Of a DNA stretch of 38,717 nucleotides, positions 37,005 to 38,717 are shown one piece after another; within the stretch, counting starts at the first letter, position 1, and each line of letters opens with the position of its first letter. Location: the IMG/VR virus record IMGVR_UViG_3300024259_000084, one strand, 5' to 3'. A program made the translations under genes and the position numbers. The stretch comes from a virus. The notes beneath the pieces were generated by a model, which ran no database searches, was not told the DNA's origin, and saw only the letters and a program-made list of their open reading frames with translations.

Positions 37005-37523
37005 TTATGGGCGGAAATGTTTTCCACCTTTTTTCTCGTCTATTGCCTTCATTACCTTTGAATAATCTCTTGTCAGTGCGTTTTGTACATGATCTGGAAC
37101 ACTTTCAACATTTACACCAGCTTTTTTTATCGATTCTACTGCTGCAATATCTCGTTTTTGCTGTTTGTCACCTTCAGTATTCATTCCGTAAGAACCTGCT
37201 AATAAATCATTCATTTTATTTGTGTCGTAAGTTCCACCACCCATTGTTGGATAGTCATTAGTACCACCACCTTGAATTCCACCGACCGTTTCATTTAAAA
37301 TATTATTGAGAACTTCATTTTCTGTATAATTGATTGTCTCGTGTTTCTTGGCCTTATATTGTTTTTTACTTGGCAAATTCAAGTGGTTCTCTGTTAAGGG
37401 CTTTGAAACTAATTCGGTAAGTGAAGATGATCTATCTTCCTTAATAAATATCTCGTTTACCTGTTTTTTCACTTCTTTACGGACTACAAGTTCAATTATT
37501 TTTATTAACTCTTGTTTTTTCAT
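37005..37523 (-). CDS. Hypothetical probable virion protein (172 aa)
   Basis: AGGAGA SD; MKKQELIKIIELVVRKEV N-terminus; co-oriented in the operon. Confidence 0.7.
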   Translation of the reverse strand: MKKQELIKIIELVVRKEVKKQVNEIFIKEDRSSSLTELVSKPLTENHLNLPSKKQYKAKKHETINYTENEVLNNILNETVGGIQGGGTNDYPTMGGGTYDTNKMNDLLAGSYGMNTEGDKQQKRDIAAVESIKKAGVNVESVPDHVQNALTRDYSKVMKAIDEKKGGKHFRP

Positions 37524-37540
37524 TTTGTTATCTCCTATTA

Positions 37541-38717
37541 TTAAAACCCATCTAAATATTGTTTTAATTCGTCACTAGAAAAACATCTATCCAATTCTTC
37601 CATTTGTTTTGACAATTCTTCTGATAAGGCTGAAGTATCTGTTTCTTCAAAGTCCGTATCAGCATCTAATTCTTTCCAAGTTCCACCATTATCTTCACAT
37701 TCTTTTTTCGTTGAGTGTTTTGTTATGGTACAGAAACTAGCAGATTCATCATCACCCATAGTTGGTGTTTCTTCTGTTATCTTCTTATACATATCTTGTA
37801 GGTCTTGAATATCCTTTGGATCTATCCACGTTCCACCAGCCGCTTCACAATCTTCTTTTGTCATTTCCCCAGCAACTTGTCCAGCACATTGTGCTAAAAT
37901 TGACATTAATTGTGCTTGTAATACTGGGAGTATAGTACTAAATCTACCAATGGTCTGTAGTAACATACTAACTACCATATCCACTAATCCCATAATATTT
38001 AATACTTCCATTAATTTTTCTACTATTGGAACAATAAATGGTGGTGTCCATTTTAAAATTTTTCTAACTATTTTTATGACCTTTTGAATAATCTTTATTA
38101 CTTGAATTATTTGCTTTAGTACTGGCATCAATTCCATTATTGCCGCCATAACTTCCAATAATTTTTTTATAGTTGCCTTTACTGGTGGAGTACAAACATC
38201 TTCTGGATTTATTGTTGCCCTAGCCATTATTTTATCTACTTCTGCATTTAACTTACCTAATGCTTGATTGAGTTTACCCATCATCTCTTGTATCTTTGCA
38301 GTAAATCCTGACAACATCCAAGCTTCTAAATCTGGAATTTCTAAATTGGACACTTTAAGTAACCATTCATTTTCATCTTCTGTTGGAACATTTACATTTC
38401 CTGACCCCACACAAAATCCTTTTAATGCACCATCATCGGGTTCTTCTCCACGTGTTTGTGGTGGTCCTTCTACGGCTGTTGATTCTTTTTGTGTTTTATA
38501 TGGTGCACATTTTACCACACCGTCTTCAAGAACACATCCAACATGAAGTGAAGTTCCGACTGGTACATCTTCACCTTCATCATATTTCAATAAATCATTA
38601 CCGGTATCAGGCCATATAACTACTGCACCATCATCTCCAGCAACTCCAGGATCTGCTACAAACTGATATGGCCAATCTTCCTTTCCATTAAAAATACCAC
38701 TTCCTTTAATTAATTCA
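37541..38717 (-). CDS. 5'-truncated hypothetical protein with long amphipathic helices and two T-K-x-x-C-E-x-x-G-G-T-W repeats
   Basis: The frame is open from 38716 (ELIKGSGIFNGKEDWPYQF...) into the track ORF, so the true start lies beyond the window. Confidence 0.75.
   Translation of the reverse strand, partial: ELIKGSGIFNGKEDWPYQFVADPGVAGDDGAVVIWPDTGNDLLKYDEGEDVPVGTSLHVGCVLEDGVVKCAPYKTQKESTAVEGPPQTRGEEPDDGALKGFCVGSGNVNVPTEDENEWLLKVSNLEIPDLEAWMLSGFTAKIQEMMGKLNQALGKLNAEVDKIMARATINPEDVCTPPVKATIKKLLEVMAAIMELMPVLKQIIQVIKIIQKVIKIVRKILKWTPPFIVPIVEKLMEVLNIMGLVDMVVSMLLQTIGRFSTILPVLQAQLMSILAQCAGQVAGEMTKEDCEAAGGTWIDPKDIQDLQDMYKKITEETPTMGDDESASFCTITKHSTKKECEDNGGTWKELDADTDFEETDTSALSEELSKQMEELDRCFSSDELKQYLDGF

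Noticed and set aside
38588-38590. TTG start for the last ORF
   Set aside because: The frame stays open to the window edge and no SD precedes the TTG
1-38717. Stop-codon reassignment as in some huge phages
   Set aside because: Genes are long and tightly packed under code 11; TAA and TAG both terminate genes at sensible positions

Overview
AT-rich segment of a large tailed dsDNA phage with a T4-like (myovirus-type) baseplate. Almost every real gene is on the minus strand under genetic code 11, many with AGGAGA/GGAGG Shine-Dalgarno sites or TAATG stop/start coupling. In transcription order (right to left): a 5'-truncated helical protein, two hypothetical proteins, gp25-like and gp6-like baseplate wedge proteins, a DNRLRE-like protein, a 2255-aa baseplate protein with lectin-like inserts, a partly fragmented array of tail-fibre-attachment-like paralogues ending in a PKD plus Gly-repeat protein, and three further paralogous tail proteins. 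Next come a small accessory cluster (stand-alone MshEN c-di-GMP-binding-like domain, mini-MscS, HExxH metallopeptidase), a Holliday junction resolvase, a degenerate DUF559-like nuclease, a primase and a fused Mre11-Rad50 (SbcD-SbcC). These are followed by a 59-aa plus-strand ribbon-helix-helix gene missed by the ORF track and a 4307-aa tail fibre carrying a Hint (intein-like) domain and a C-terminal chaperone-like domain. All family assignments come from motifs recognised by eye; no database search was run. No tRNA, rRNA, CRISPR array or DGR was recognised.
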